A DNA stretch of 47,066 nt from Candidatus Bathyarchaeia archaeon (GTDB lineage Bacteria > Patescibacteriota > Microgenomatia > PFEM01 > JAFGMK01), in contig DATKWK010000035.1 in assembly GCA_035529595.1 (NCBI GenBank), forward strand, positions 1 to 47,066. Direction: 5' to 3'. The notes under the pieces are model-generated. The model was not told where the DNA came from, searched no databases, and saw nothing but the letters and a program-made list of their open reading frames with translations. The translations under genes were made by a program, and so were the position numbers. This document shows positions 7,941-15,731 of the stretch, in pieces (position 1 is the stretch's first letter; each line of letters opens with the position of its first letter).

Positions 7941-9749
7941 ATGAATATCCGAAATATTGCCATTATTGCTCATGTTGATCATGGAAAAACGACGCTGGTA
8001 GATTCTTTACTGCGTCAGTCCGGTACCCAACTGGGGAAAGAGGTTGTTAACGCTACCTGCATTCTGGATAGTAATGAATTGGAAAAAGAAAGAGGGATTA
8101 CTATTTTTTCCAAAAATGCTTCGGTCGTTTGGAAAGGTGTCAAAATTAATATTATTGATACTCCCGGACATGTGGATTTTGGCGGAGAAGTGGAACGGGT
8201 GTTGAAGATGGCTGACGGCTCTTTGCTTTTAATAGATGCCAGCGAGGGTCCTATGCCCCAAACTACCTTTGTTTTAAGAAAAGCTCTCGAGATGAAACAT
8301 CGAATCATCGTCGTTATCAATAAAATTGACCAACCTAATGCCAACCCCGGCGAAACCCTGAATAAGACTTTTGACTTATTTATTGATTTGGGAGCCAATG
8401 ATCAAACAGCCGACTTTCCGGTAGTTTACACTTCAGCCAAGCTGGGAAAAGCCGGATTAACGCCGGATCTATCTAAAATGACTGACATTTCACCGTTATT
8501 TGATGAAATAATCAGGTATATTCCCGAACCCGGGGGCGATCCCGCCGCTCCGCTGCAAATGCTCGTTACCTCCATCAGCCGCGATAATTTCAAAGGCAGG
8601 CTGGCTAGAGGAAGAATTAAAAACGGAACTCTTCATTCCGGCCAAGAAGTGATGCACATCAACAGACAGGGTCAAATGAAAAAATACCAACTGACTTCTT
8701 TGGTTACCTTTAGCGGATTGGGCCAGATAGAGACTAATACGGTCGAAGCAGGAGAAATTGTGGCGGTGGCGGGAATACCCGACATTACTATCGGTGAAAC
8801 CATTGCCGATATTATAGAACCGCAGGCTTTGCCTCTTTTGAAAATTGAAGAGCCGACGGTTAAAATGACTTTTAGCGTTAATTCTTCCCCATTTGCCGGA
8901 AGAGAAGGAAAATATACCAGTTCCCGTCAAATTAGTGAAAGACTATTTAAGGAATTGGACAACGATGTCGCCTTAAGAATTAAAAACAGCAAAAAGGGAG
9001 GCTGGATAGTTTCCGGCAGGGGTGAACTGCATTTGGCGATACTGATTGAGCGTTTAAGACGTGAAGGCTACGCTCTTCAAATCTCCCAACCTCGAGTAAT
9101 CACCAAGACCATTAATGGCCAAAAACTGATCCCTTACGATGAAGTGTTTTTTGAAGTTCCGGAAGAATATTCCGGTTCCGTGATCCAAAAATTCCAAAGC
9201 CGCCATGCTGAAATGAGAAAAATGAAAGTTAAAGAAGGAATTGTTTATCTGGAATTTATTATTCCAACCCGCGGCCTTTTTGGTTACCGGAGCCAATTTA
9301 TGACCGATACTCATGGCCGTGGTATTATGAATATAGCCTTTTACAAATACCTGCCAGAGAAAGGTGAATGGCCAGTACGTGAACGAGGTTCAATGGTCGC
9401 TTGTGAAACAGGCATTACCCGAATCTACGGCTTAACTAATGTCCAGGATAGAGGAGAGTTATTTGTCGGTCAGAGCGTTAACGTCTATAAAGGTCAAGTA
9501 GTCGGCCAAAACAGCCGGTCAGGTGATATGGGAGTGAATGTTTGCAAGGAAAAGCAACTCTCCAACATGCGCTCCAAGGGCGAAGGTGTCACCAGGCATC
9601 TTGACGTCCCCAGAGTTATAGATCTAGAACATGCTTTGGCCTATATTGATAATACTGAACTGGTAGATGTGACTCCGGCAGCGATTAGGGTCAGAAAAAT
9701 TATTCTTGATAAGAATCTGGACAGAAGAAAAAATAAGGGGCTTATTTGA
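7941..9749 (+). CDS. typA: Translational GTPase TypA/BipA
   Basis: The N-terminus is typical: NIAIIAHVDHGKTTLVD, DTPGHVDFGGEVER and NKID. The length of 602 aa and the BipA-specific C-terminal domain also fit. Confidence 0.95.
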   Translation: MNIRNIAIIAHVDHGKTTLVDSLLRQSGTQLGKEVVNATCILDSNELEKERGITIFSKNASVVWKGVKINIIDTPGHVDFGGEVERVLKMADGSLLLIDASEGPMPQTTFVLRKALEMKHRIIVVINKIDQPNANPGETLNKTFDLFIDLGANDQTADFPVVYTSAKLGKAGLTPDLSKMTDISPLFDEIIRYIPEPGGDPAAPLQMLVTSISRDNFKGRLARGRIKNGTLHSGQEVMHINRQGQMKKYQLTSLVTFSGLGQIETNTVEAGEIVAVAGIPDITIGETIADIIEPQALPLLKIEEPTVKMTFSVNSSPFAGREGKYTSSRQISERLFKELDNDVALRIKNSKKGGWIVSGRGELHLAILIERLRREGYALQISQPRVITKTINGQKLIPYDEVFFEVPEEYSGSVIQKFQSRHAEMRKMKVKEGIVYLEFIIPTRGLFGYRSQFMTDTHGRGIMNIAFYKYLPEKGEWPVRERGSMVACETGITRIYGLTNVQDRGELFVGQSVNVYKGQVVGQNSRSGDMGVNVCKEKQLSNMRSKGEGVTRHLDVPRVIDLEHALAYIDNTELVDVTPAAIRVRKIILDKNLDRRKNKGLI

Positions 9750-10753
9750 TGGCCAGTAAAAATTATTATCGGCAAAATTTAGCCTTTATTCAGAAGTTAG
9801 CTAAAAAAAAGAACTGGCAGTTGGATCCGGGTTTAGTAAGAAAAGCAATCGGAAAACCCAATCCCCGATTCTGCTATTTCCCTCTGACTAACGTCTTGGG
9901 AAAGAGATTATTTTTTAAATCCTGTTTGCATGGAAAGCTGGACCTCAGGCCGCGAATTATCAAAGAATTCAAAATTCAAGACTGGCTTAAATCGCTTGGC
10001 GGTCCGGTGAGAAGAATTATCGAATCCGGACGGGAGGGACCGATATTTTGGTACACCGGGTCCGACTTATTGGGACAGGATGTTATTCATTGCCAAGAAG
10101 AGAATATTACTGGTCTAACCTTCGATCATATCACTAATTTGGCACGGCAAATTTGCTGGTTATGGGAGATCAAAAAAAATAACCTTCCTGCTGACTTAAA
10201 AAAAAGTCTTTTTCTGCGTTTGAAAAAAAGCGAACTCGTTAAAAACGTTGATCGTGAACTTCAAAGACATCTGGCAATATTAGACAGTGCCATTTCAGTG
10301 CCGGAAATTGGCTGGGGTAAAGAAGATAAGAAAAAAGTAATTGCCTTTTATGAAAACCATCGAAAAGAAGCCTTCAAAACAGACCAAGCCGATGGAGTCT
10401 TAGTTCACGGTGATTTGGCGCCAAACAATATTTTCTTCGGTACAAAAAAAATAGTGATTATTGACTGGGAAACGGCATACTGGGGTAATAATCTCTTAAT
10501 TGAACTCGGGATGGATGTTGCCAGTTTCTACACTCGATGCTGGGAAAAAGAAAAGTTGGGAATTAAACTGGTCAGAGAACTTCAAAAATCGTTGCCTACC
10601 AAAGTATCAATTTATCGCCAGGCTTTAAGATTTGCCATGATTATGAAGTCCTTGCAAAAACTTTGTCCCATGTTTGAAGAAGGTTTTTACCGAAGCGAAT
10701 ATGACCGTCGCCATATTTATTTTTTGGTTAATCTGATCAGAGAAAACGTTTAA
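9749..10753 (+). CDS. Aminoglycoside/choline-kinase-like phosphotransferase (APH family)
   Basis: The catalytic loop is LVHGDLAPNNIFF, followed by IIDWE. ATG 9749 overlaps the typA stop (TGATG). The ORF-track TTG at 9746 is less likely. Confidence 0.65.
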   Translation: MASKNYYRQNLAFIQKLAKKKNWQLDPGLVRKAIGKPNPRFCYFPLTNVLGKRLFFKSCLHGKLDLRPRIIKEFKIQDWLKSLGGPVRRIIESGREGPIFWYTGSDLLGQDVIHCQEENITGLTFDHITNLARQICWLWEIKKNNLPADLKKSLFLRLKKSELVKNVDRELQRHLAILDSAISVPEIGWGKEDKKKVIAFYENHRKEAFKTDQADGVLVHGDLAPNNIFFGTKKIVIIDWETAYWGNNLLIELGMDVASFYTRCWEKEKLGIKLVRELQKSLPTKVSIYRQALRFAMIMKSLQKLCPMFEEGFYRSEYDRRHIYFLVNLIRENV

Positions 10754-10780
10754 AATAAACGTTTTTATAATAAAAGAACA

Positions 10781-11548
10781 TCAGCGAATACAAAAAAGAG
10801 AACCAATCGGATTTAATTCTTTTAAAACCGACCGGTTTGATTTAAAAAAAGAGGCTGATCCCCCATCGAGATTAATGGCGTTTTCGATTACGAAACCTTC
10901 CAGGGTGCTAATTGTTTCCAAAATCGAGGGTAGGTCATTTAACCTTGGCCCGGATAATTCAGATTCAGGATTTATAAGGGTAAGAAAATAAAGAACCCCG
11001 GTTTCAGTTTGAAAAGCAACCATTCTCCTGGAAAATTTATCATTTTTGATGCTAAGATTAAGCTTTTCCCCTTGGTAAAAGATCATTGGCCCGGATTGTA
11101 GCGCAATTCTTGGCGAATTATTTTCCGGTTGATAAGAAATTGTTGCCTCGGCTGATGTATTTACTAACAGAAAGCCATTAAGAAGACTGCTTTTGGTTAT
11201 CTTGCTTTTAATGTCGCCATCGGCAATCAAGAGGCCAAGCGGATTCATATCGGTACCATAGAAACCGCCGTTAATTGCTTCTCGGCAAGAATATTTTTCA
11301 GATAGAATGTTACCTGATTCAAAGTTGTCGTTTATGATAAGTGATAGCTTGCTGATATCGTCAGTCCGAATAAGATCGTAGGCGTATTGTCTATCGAGAA
11401 AAGTAACCAAAGGTAATTTTTTGGACGTTACAACTACTGTTGGAACAATAGTGACGGCTGTTTGAGAATAATTAATACTTCCGAGTTTGGTTTGCCAAAG
11501 GAAAATAATGACCAACAATATTAGCAGTAAGATAATTTTATTTACCAC
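10781..11548 (-). CDS. Phosphodiester glycosidase family protein (DUF2233-like), membrane-anchored
   Basis: The signal anchor is IILLLILLVIIFLW. Family motifs are INGGFYG and AINLDGGSAS. The start is GTG, with TAAAAT (11556-11561, minus strand) 7 nt upstream. Confidence 0.6.
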   Translation of the reverse strand: MVNKIILLLILLVIIFLWQTKLGSINYSQTAVTIVPTVVVTSKKLPLVTFLDRQYAYDLIRTDDISKLSLIINDNFESGNILSEKYSCREAINGGFYGTDMNPLGLLIADGDIKSKITKSSLLNGFLLVNTSAEATISYQPENNSPRIALQSGPMIFYQGEKLNLSIKNDKFSRRMVAFQTETGVLYFLTLINPESELSGPRLNDLPSILETISTLEGFVIENAINLDGGSASFFKSNRSVLKELNPIGSLFCIR

Positions 11549-11594
11549 TGTAGATATTTTAAAACAATCGCCGGATCAAAACAAATCGTTTTTA

Positions 11595-11603
11595 TGTTAA
11601 AAT
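11595..11603 (+). promoter_or_regulatory. Extended -10 element TGtTAAAAT, 7 nt upstream of ruvC ATG 11611
   Basis: The sequence is tatgttaaaat ctgagta ATG. There is no SD. Confidence 0.45.
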
Positions 11604-11610
11604 CTGAGTA

Positions 11611-12090
11611 ATGATTATCTTAGGGATTGATCCGGGATTGGCCTCAACAGGTTGGGCAGTAGTCGAAAATCTACTTGAACCGAAACTTATAGCTTACGGC
11701 CTCATTAAAACCATAAAAAATCTTTCGCAAGAGAAAAGATTCCTGCAAATTTACGAAGAGTTGCATGAATTAATTGAAAATTATCGACCGCAAGTTTTAT
11801 GTCTTGAAAAAGTGTTTTTTAATACTAATGCTAAAACTGCCTTGATTGTTGGTGAAGCCCGCGGTATTGTCAAGATCTGTGCTCTTTTAAAAAGGGTTGC
11901 CCTGGCGGAATTTACTCCTTTACAGATAAAATCTGCAATCACCGGTTACGGTCGAGCCGAAAAAAAACAAATTCAGGAAATGGTTAGAATTCTACTCCGT
12001 CTTGATCAAATACCAAAACCGGACGATGCTGCTGATGCAGTCGCAGCAGCGCTTACTTATTGCTTTTATAAGAAAGATCTGGAAAAATAA
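11611..12090 (+). CDS. ruvC: Holliday junction resolvase RuvC
   Basis: The RuvC motifs are ILGIDPGLASTGWAV, CLEKVFFN and PKPDDAADAVAAAL. Confidence 0.9.
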   Translation: MIILGIDPGLASTGWAVVENLLEPKLIAYGLIKTIKNLSQEKRFLQIYEELHELIENYRPQVLCLEKVFFNTNAKTALIVGEARGIVKICALLKRVALAEFTPLQIKSAITGYGRAEKKQIQEMVRILLRLDQIPKPDDAADAVAAALTYCFYKKDLEK

Positions 12091-12097
12091 CTTTGTC

Positions 12098-12661
12098 ATG
12101 ATCGGTTATCTTGCCGGTATTATTATTAAAAAAGAGAGTAATAGCCTAATAATCAATGTAAGGGGCGTCGGTTACCGGATTTTTGTTCCTTTGTATATCT
12201 GGGAAAATTGTCAACTTGAAGATAAAAAAGAATTTTTTATCTATACTCACGTCAGGGAAACTGAGATCAGCCTTTTCGGGTTTCTTACTCCAGCCGAAGA
12301 GGAGATTTTTATCGAGCTTATTTCTGTTTCCGGCATTGGCCCGAAGCTGGCATTAAATATCCTCTCTTATTCCCATGGCGCCAGCCGCATAATTAGAGCT
12401 ATTCAAGAGGCCGATGTCGATTTTTTTTCCTCCGTTAAAGGGCTAGGCAAGAAGAACAGCCAACGGGTAATAGTTGACTTAAAACCGAAGCTCGGTGGAT
12501 TAAAAGAGATTGAATTTGAATCAGAGCAGGATCAGGACCTAATTGAGGCTCTTAAGGGCCTTGGTTTTTCCAGAGAGGAGATTAAGAAGTCAGTTAAGAA
12601 TATTAATAAAGACTTACCTTTAGCGGAAAGAATCCGGCAGACATTAAAAAATAATCAATGA
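12098..12661 (+). CDS. ruvA: Holliday junction branch-migration protein RuvA
   Basis: The N-terminus MIGYLAGII...GVGYRIFVP is typical of RuvA. HhH motifs follow (VSGIGPKLALNIL, VKGLGKKNSQRV). The ORF-track start at 12002 overlaps ruvC, so I used ATG 12098. Confidence 0.9.
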   Translation: MIGYLAGIIIKKESNSLIINVRGVGYRIFVPLYIWENCQLEDKKEFFIYTHVRETEISLFGFLTPAEEEIFIELISVSGIGPKLALNILSYSHGASRIIRAIQEADVDFFSSVKGLGKKNSQRVIVDLKPKLGGLKEIEFESEQDQDLIEALKGLGFSREEIKKSVKNINKDLPLAERIRQTLKNNQ

Positions 12662-13665
12662 AAAAGCCAAAAACGAAAGAAAAAACCGCTGAATTATTGG
12701 AAGAAACTCTCCGGCCAAAGAGAATGGCTCAATTTCTGGGACAGGAAAAAATTAAGCAGAAACTGGAAATTTTTATCCAAGCCACTCAGAAGAGAAATGA
12801 AGCTTTAGATCACCTGCTTTTATATGGACCTCCAGGATTGGGAAAAACGACTTTAGCTCATCTGATTGCTCAGGAGTTGGGTGTCAATATCCGCATCACT
12901 TCCGGACCTTCGCTTGAAAGAAGCGGTGATCTTGCCAGTATTCTGACAAATCTCAAAGAACACGACATTCTGTTTATTGATGAAGTACATCGGCTCAATA
13001 AGCCGGTCGAAGAAGCTCTCTATCCGGCAATGGAAGAATTTTGCCTGGATATTGTTTTAGGTAAGGGACCATCGGCCCGGACTGTAAGACTGGAACTGCC
13101 TAAATTTACGATTATTGCCGCGACAACACGGATCGGTTTAATTTCTTCGCCAATGAGAGACCGATTTGGCGCTGTCTTCCGAATGGAATTTTATTCGGAA
13201 GAAGACTTGGCTCTAATAATCGACCGCTCGGCACGCATTTTAAAGGTGCCAACGGAGAAAACCGTCTTTTTAAAATTAGCCAAAAGGTCACGCGGGACGC
13301 CCAGAATAGCCAATCGCCTGCTCAGAAGGATTAGAGATTTTGCCCAAATTAAGGGCCAGGGAATTATTAATCTGAATATTTTAGAAGAAGCCTTGGAAAT
13401 ACTGGAAATCGATCAGATGGGTTTGGATAAACTTGATCGTGACTTGCTCACTGCTCTATGCCTTGATCATCAAGGAGGTCCGGTGGGACTGGACACTCTG
13501 GCCGCAACCGTATCTGAAGATCCCGGCACCATTCAGGACGTTGTCGAACCGTATTTGATGCAAAAAGGTTTTTTAAAAAGAACCAAAAAAGGGAGAATGG
13601 CCACGCCTAAAGCTTTCAAACACTTGTGTCTGCCAATGCCTAAGGGACAAAATGCTCTTTTTTAG
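12658..13665 (+). CDS. ruvB: Holliday junction ATP-dependent DNA helicase RuvB
   Basis: The Walker A motif is GPPGLGKTTLA, the Walker B motif is LFIDEVHRL, and RGTPRIANRLLRR follows. The start overlaps the ruvA stop (ATGA). Confidence 0.95.
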   Translation: MKKPKTKEKTAELLEETLRPKRMAQFLGQEKIKQKLEIFIQATQKRNEALDHLLLYGPPGLGKTTLAHLIAQELGVNIRITSGPSLERSGDLASILTNLKEHDILFIDEVHRLNKPVEEALYPAMEEFCLDIVLGKGPSARTVRLELPKFTIIAATTRIGLISSPMRDRFGAVFRMEFYSEEDLALIIDRSARILKVPTEKTVFLKLAKRSRGTPRIANRLLRRIRDFAQIKGQGIINLNILEEALEILEIDQMGLDKLDRDLLTALCLDHQGGPVGLDTLAATVSEDPGTIQDVVEPYLMQKGFLKRTKKGRMATPKAFKHLCLPMPKGQNALF

Positions 13666-13668
13666 ACT

Positions 13669-13923
13669 TTAGCCGTATTTAGTAAGCAGATTAAAGATAA
13701 AAAAGGCCAAGAAGCTGGCTATAAACAAAATCAAAAAAATACCGGACCAGGACTTAATTTGCCGAAACTCGATTTCCCTGGCTTCACCAATGAGCATAAT
13801 CACCATTAAGGCAATCCAAATAACAAAGATTATGACTACAAAGAGCCCGGAATGTTCCAGAAACTTTTCGCCAAAAGGAAATTTTTTTAACGCCTCTACA
13901 AAATGATTCTTAAATTGATTCAC
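13669..13923 (-). CDS. Small two-TM membrane protein, function unknown
   Basis: This is an 84-aa ORF with two hydrophobic spans (LFVVIIFVIWIALMVIMLI, IFLILFIASFLAFFIFNLL). It has a GTG start and no recognisable motif. Confidence 0.4.
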   Translation of the reverse strand: MNQFKNHFVEALKKFPFGEKFLEHSGLFVVIIFVIWIALMVIMLIGEAREIEFRQIKSWSGIFLILFIASFLAFFIFNLLTKYG

Positions 13924-14044
13924 TGTCTATCCATTTAAACAGAATCTATTAGAAAAATCTATCAGTGATTTTTTTCGTATCGACCCCGGACTTGTTAGTA
14001 ACATAACCCCAGGCACTTTTAAGGAAAGTAATTATTTCTTCCTA

Positions 14045-14073
14045 TTGAAGATTTAGCCAAAAATATTTATCAT
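14045..14073 (+). promoter_or_regulatory. Candidate promoter TTGAAG-17-TATCAT ending 7 nt before galE ATG 14081
   Basis: TTGAAG lies at 14045-14050 and TATCAT at 14068-14073, followed by taaacaa and the ATG. There is no SD. Confidence 0.45.
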
Positions 14074-14080
14074 TAAACAA

Positions 14081-15088
14081 ATGAAAATTCTGGTAACCGG
14101 CGGTGCTGGCTATATTGGTTCTCACGCAGTGAAACTACTCTTGGAAAATCATCATCAGGTTTTTGTAATTGACAATCTCTATCGCGGCTTCCGGGAATGC
14201 ATAGAAGTTCTTCAAAAAAAATATGGCAGGGAAAATCTCGCTTTTGCCGAAATCGACTTGAGAAATTTTACCGCCATTAATGCGATCTTGGAAAAGGAAA
14301 AACCGGCTGGAGTGCTTCACTTTGCTGCTCTTTGCTTGGTTAGCGAGTCAATAGAAAAACCGCAGGACTACTTTGATAATAATCTTATTGGAAGCCTTAA
14401 TCTTTTAAAAGCAGTCCACTGTAATGGTATCAATAACTTGGTTTTTTCTTCTACCTGCGCTGTTTACGGTGAGAGTCAATATCTGCCTATTGATGAGATG
14501 CACCCTCTGAATCCGACCAATGCTTATGGTGATTCCAAATTAATGGTTGAAAAAATGATCTTTTGGTTTGGAAAAGTTTATGGTCTGAGATACGCAATCT
14601 TGCGTTACTTTAATGTTGCCGGAGCCGCCTCCGACGGATTAATCGGTGACAGTAAAAAACCGTCCGAGCTTTTGGTTCAAAATGCAGTCCGGGGTGCGCT
14701 GGGAATAGAAACTTTTCGGTTGACATGTCCAAAGGTTAAAACCAAAGACGGCACACCAATCAGGGATTATATTAACATTGAAGATTTAGTCGAAGCACAT
14801 CTTGATAGCCTAAATTATCTTGAAAAGGGCGGCAAGAGTGAAACCTTTAATCTCGGTACCGGAAATGGCAATTCGGTTCTGGAAGTTGTTGATCAGGTTA
14901 AAAAATTAACCGGCAAAAATTTTCTGGTCGAAAAGAGCCGGCCCCGCAAAGGCGAGTATGCTCATGTTTATGCCGATATTGGTAAAGCTCGAAAACTTCT
15001 TGGTTGGCAGCCGAGTAGGACACTTCGTGACTCGGTTCAATCGCTAATCAAATGGTATAAAAGTCATCCGCACGGCTGGCAATATTAA
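14081..15088 (+). CDS. galE: UDP-glucose 4-epimerase
   Basis: The Rossmann motif is VTGGAGYIGSH. The SDR catalytic residues are in FSSTCAVYG and NAYGDSKLMVE (YxxxK). The length is 335 aa. Confidence 0.85.
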   Translation: MKILVTGGAGYIGSHAVKLLLENHHQVFVIDNLYRGFRECIEVLQKKYGRENLAFAEIDLRNFTAINAILEKEKPAGVLHFAALCLVSESIEKPQDYFDNNLIGSLNLLKAVHCNGINNLVFSSTCAVYGESQYLPIDEMHPLNPTNAYGDSKLMVEKMIFWFGKVYGLRYAILRYFNVAGAASDGLIGDSKKPSELLVQNAVRGALGIETFRLTCPKVKTKDGTPIRDYINIEDLVEAHLDSLNYLEKGGKSETFNLGTGNGNSVLEVVDQVKKLTGKNFLVEKSRPRKGEYAHVYADIGKARKLLGWQPSRTLRDSVQSLIKWYKSHPHGWQY

Positions 15089-15155
15089 ATAACATTATTT
15101 CGGATTATTAATCTTGATCTTCGCTGTTTACGCTTCAGCATAATTAAGCCGGTTT

Positions 15156-15164
15156 TGATATAAT
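15156..15164 (+). promoter_or_regulatory. Extended -10 element TGaTATAAT upstream of the tRNA cluster
   Basis: The sequence ttttgatataat ends 14 nt before the first tRNA 5' end (15179). Confidence 0.45.
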
Positions 15165-15178
15165 CAAAAATAATAAAT

Positions 15179-15261
15179 GCCGGGGTGGCGGAACTGGCAG
15201 ACGCGCACGGTTCAGGGCCGTGTGCCCAAAAGGCATGTGGGTTCAAGTCCCACCCTCGGCA
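15179..15261 (+). tRNA. tRNA-Leu(CAG), type II with long variable arm
   Basis: The acceptor stem is GCCGGGG/CCTCGGC. The anticodon loop is TTCAGGG, the variable arm is tgcccaaaaggcat and the T-loop is GGTTCAAGTCC. No CCA is encoded. Confidence 0.9.
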
Positions 15262-15294
15262 CATTAAATCAAATGCAATTTTATATATAAGTTC

Positions 15295-15376
15295 GGGCGG
15301 ATGGCGGAACTGGCAGACGCGCAGTCTTGAGGAGGCTGTGGGGCAACCCGTGGAGGTTCAAGTCCTCTTCCGCCCA
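15295..15376 (+). tRNA. tRNA-Leu(GAG), type II
   Basis: The acceptor stem is GGGCGGA/TCCGCCC. The anticodon loop is TTGAGGA. It has a long variable arm and a GGTTCAAGTCC T-arm. No CCA is encoded. Confidence 0.9.
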
Positions 15377-15394
15377 CAAGATATTTTTTATACA

Positions 15395-15467
15395 GGCCGC
15401 TTAGCTCAGTTGGTAGAGCGTCCCGTTTACATCGGGGAGGTCGGGGGTTCAAGCCCCTCAGCGGCCA
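15395..15467 (+). tRNA. tRNA-Val(TAC)
   Basis: The acceptor stem is GGCCGCT/AGCGGCC. The D-arm is GCTCAGTTGGTAGAGC and the anticodon loop is TTTACAT. The length is 73 nt. Confidence 0.9.
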
Positions 15468-15514
15468 CAAAGTTAATATGATAAAATATATGACAAAACT
15501 CAGGTACCAAAAGA

Positions 15515-15587
15515 GCCAGGGTAGCCAAGGAGGTCACGGCGCGTGTCTGAAAAACATGAGATCTCGGTTCGACTCCGAGCCCTGGCA
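15515..15587 (+). tRNA. tRNA-Phe(GAA)
   Basis: The acceptor stem is GCCAGGG/CCCTGGC. The anticodon loop is CTGAAAA and the T-arm is CTCGGTTCGACTCCGAG. The length is 73 nt. Confidence 0.85.
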
Positions 15588-15593
15588 CACAAG

Positions 15594-15666
15594 GCGGGAA
15601 TAGCTCAGTTGGTAGAGCGTTTCGTTGCCAACGAAAAGGTCGCGGGTTCGAATCCCGTTTCCCGCT
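15594..15666 (+). tRNA. tRNA-Gly(GCC)
   Basis: The acceptor stem is GCGGGAA/TTCCCGC. The D-arm is GCTCAGTTGGTAGAGC, the anticodon loop is TTGCCAA and the T-loop is GGGTTCGAATCCC. Confidence 0.9.
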
Positions 15667-15731
15667 CCCGGCAGAATTTCAAGATATAAAGGAGAATAGG
15701 TAAAGATCACCAGTTAATGCTTCAAAAAGAA

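Noticed and set aside
8015-9314. Three antisense ORFs inside typA (127, 144 and 86 aa). Similar antisense or out-of-frame ORFs occur inside ppsA, PGM, GH94, gpmI, eno and the 757-aa gene.
   Set aside because: They are fully nested in strongly supported genes, have no motifs, and have odd composition. These are typical shadow ORFs.
12002-12097. Upstream extension of the ruvA ORF
   Set aside because: It overlaps the 3' end of ruvC in another frame. The canonical RuvA N-terminus (MIGYLAG) begins at 12098.
15185-15481. 98-aa plus-strand ORF and 68-aa minus-strand ORF (15264-15470) in the ORF track
   Set aside because: Both lie entirely over the tRNA-Leu/Leu/Val genes. Their open frames are a by-product of GC-rich structured RNA genes.
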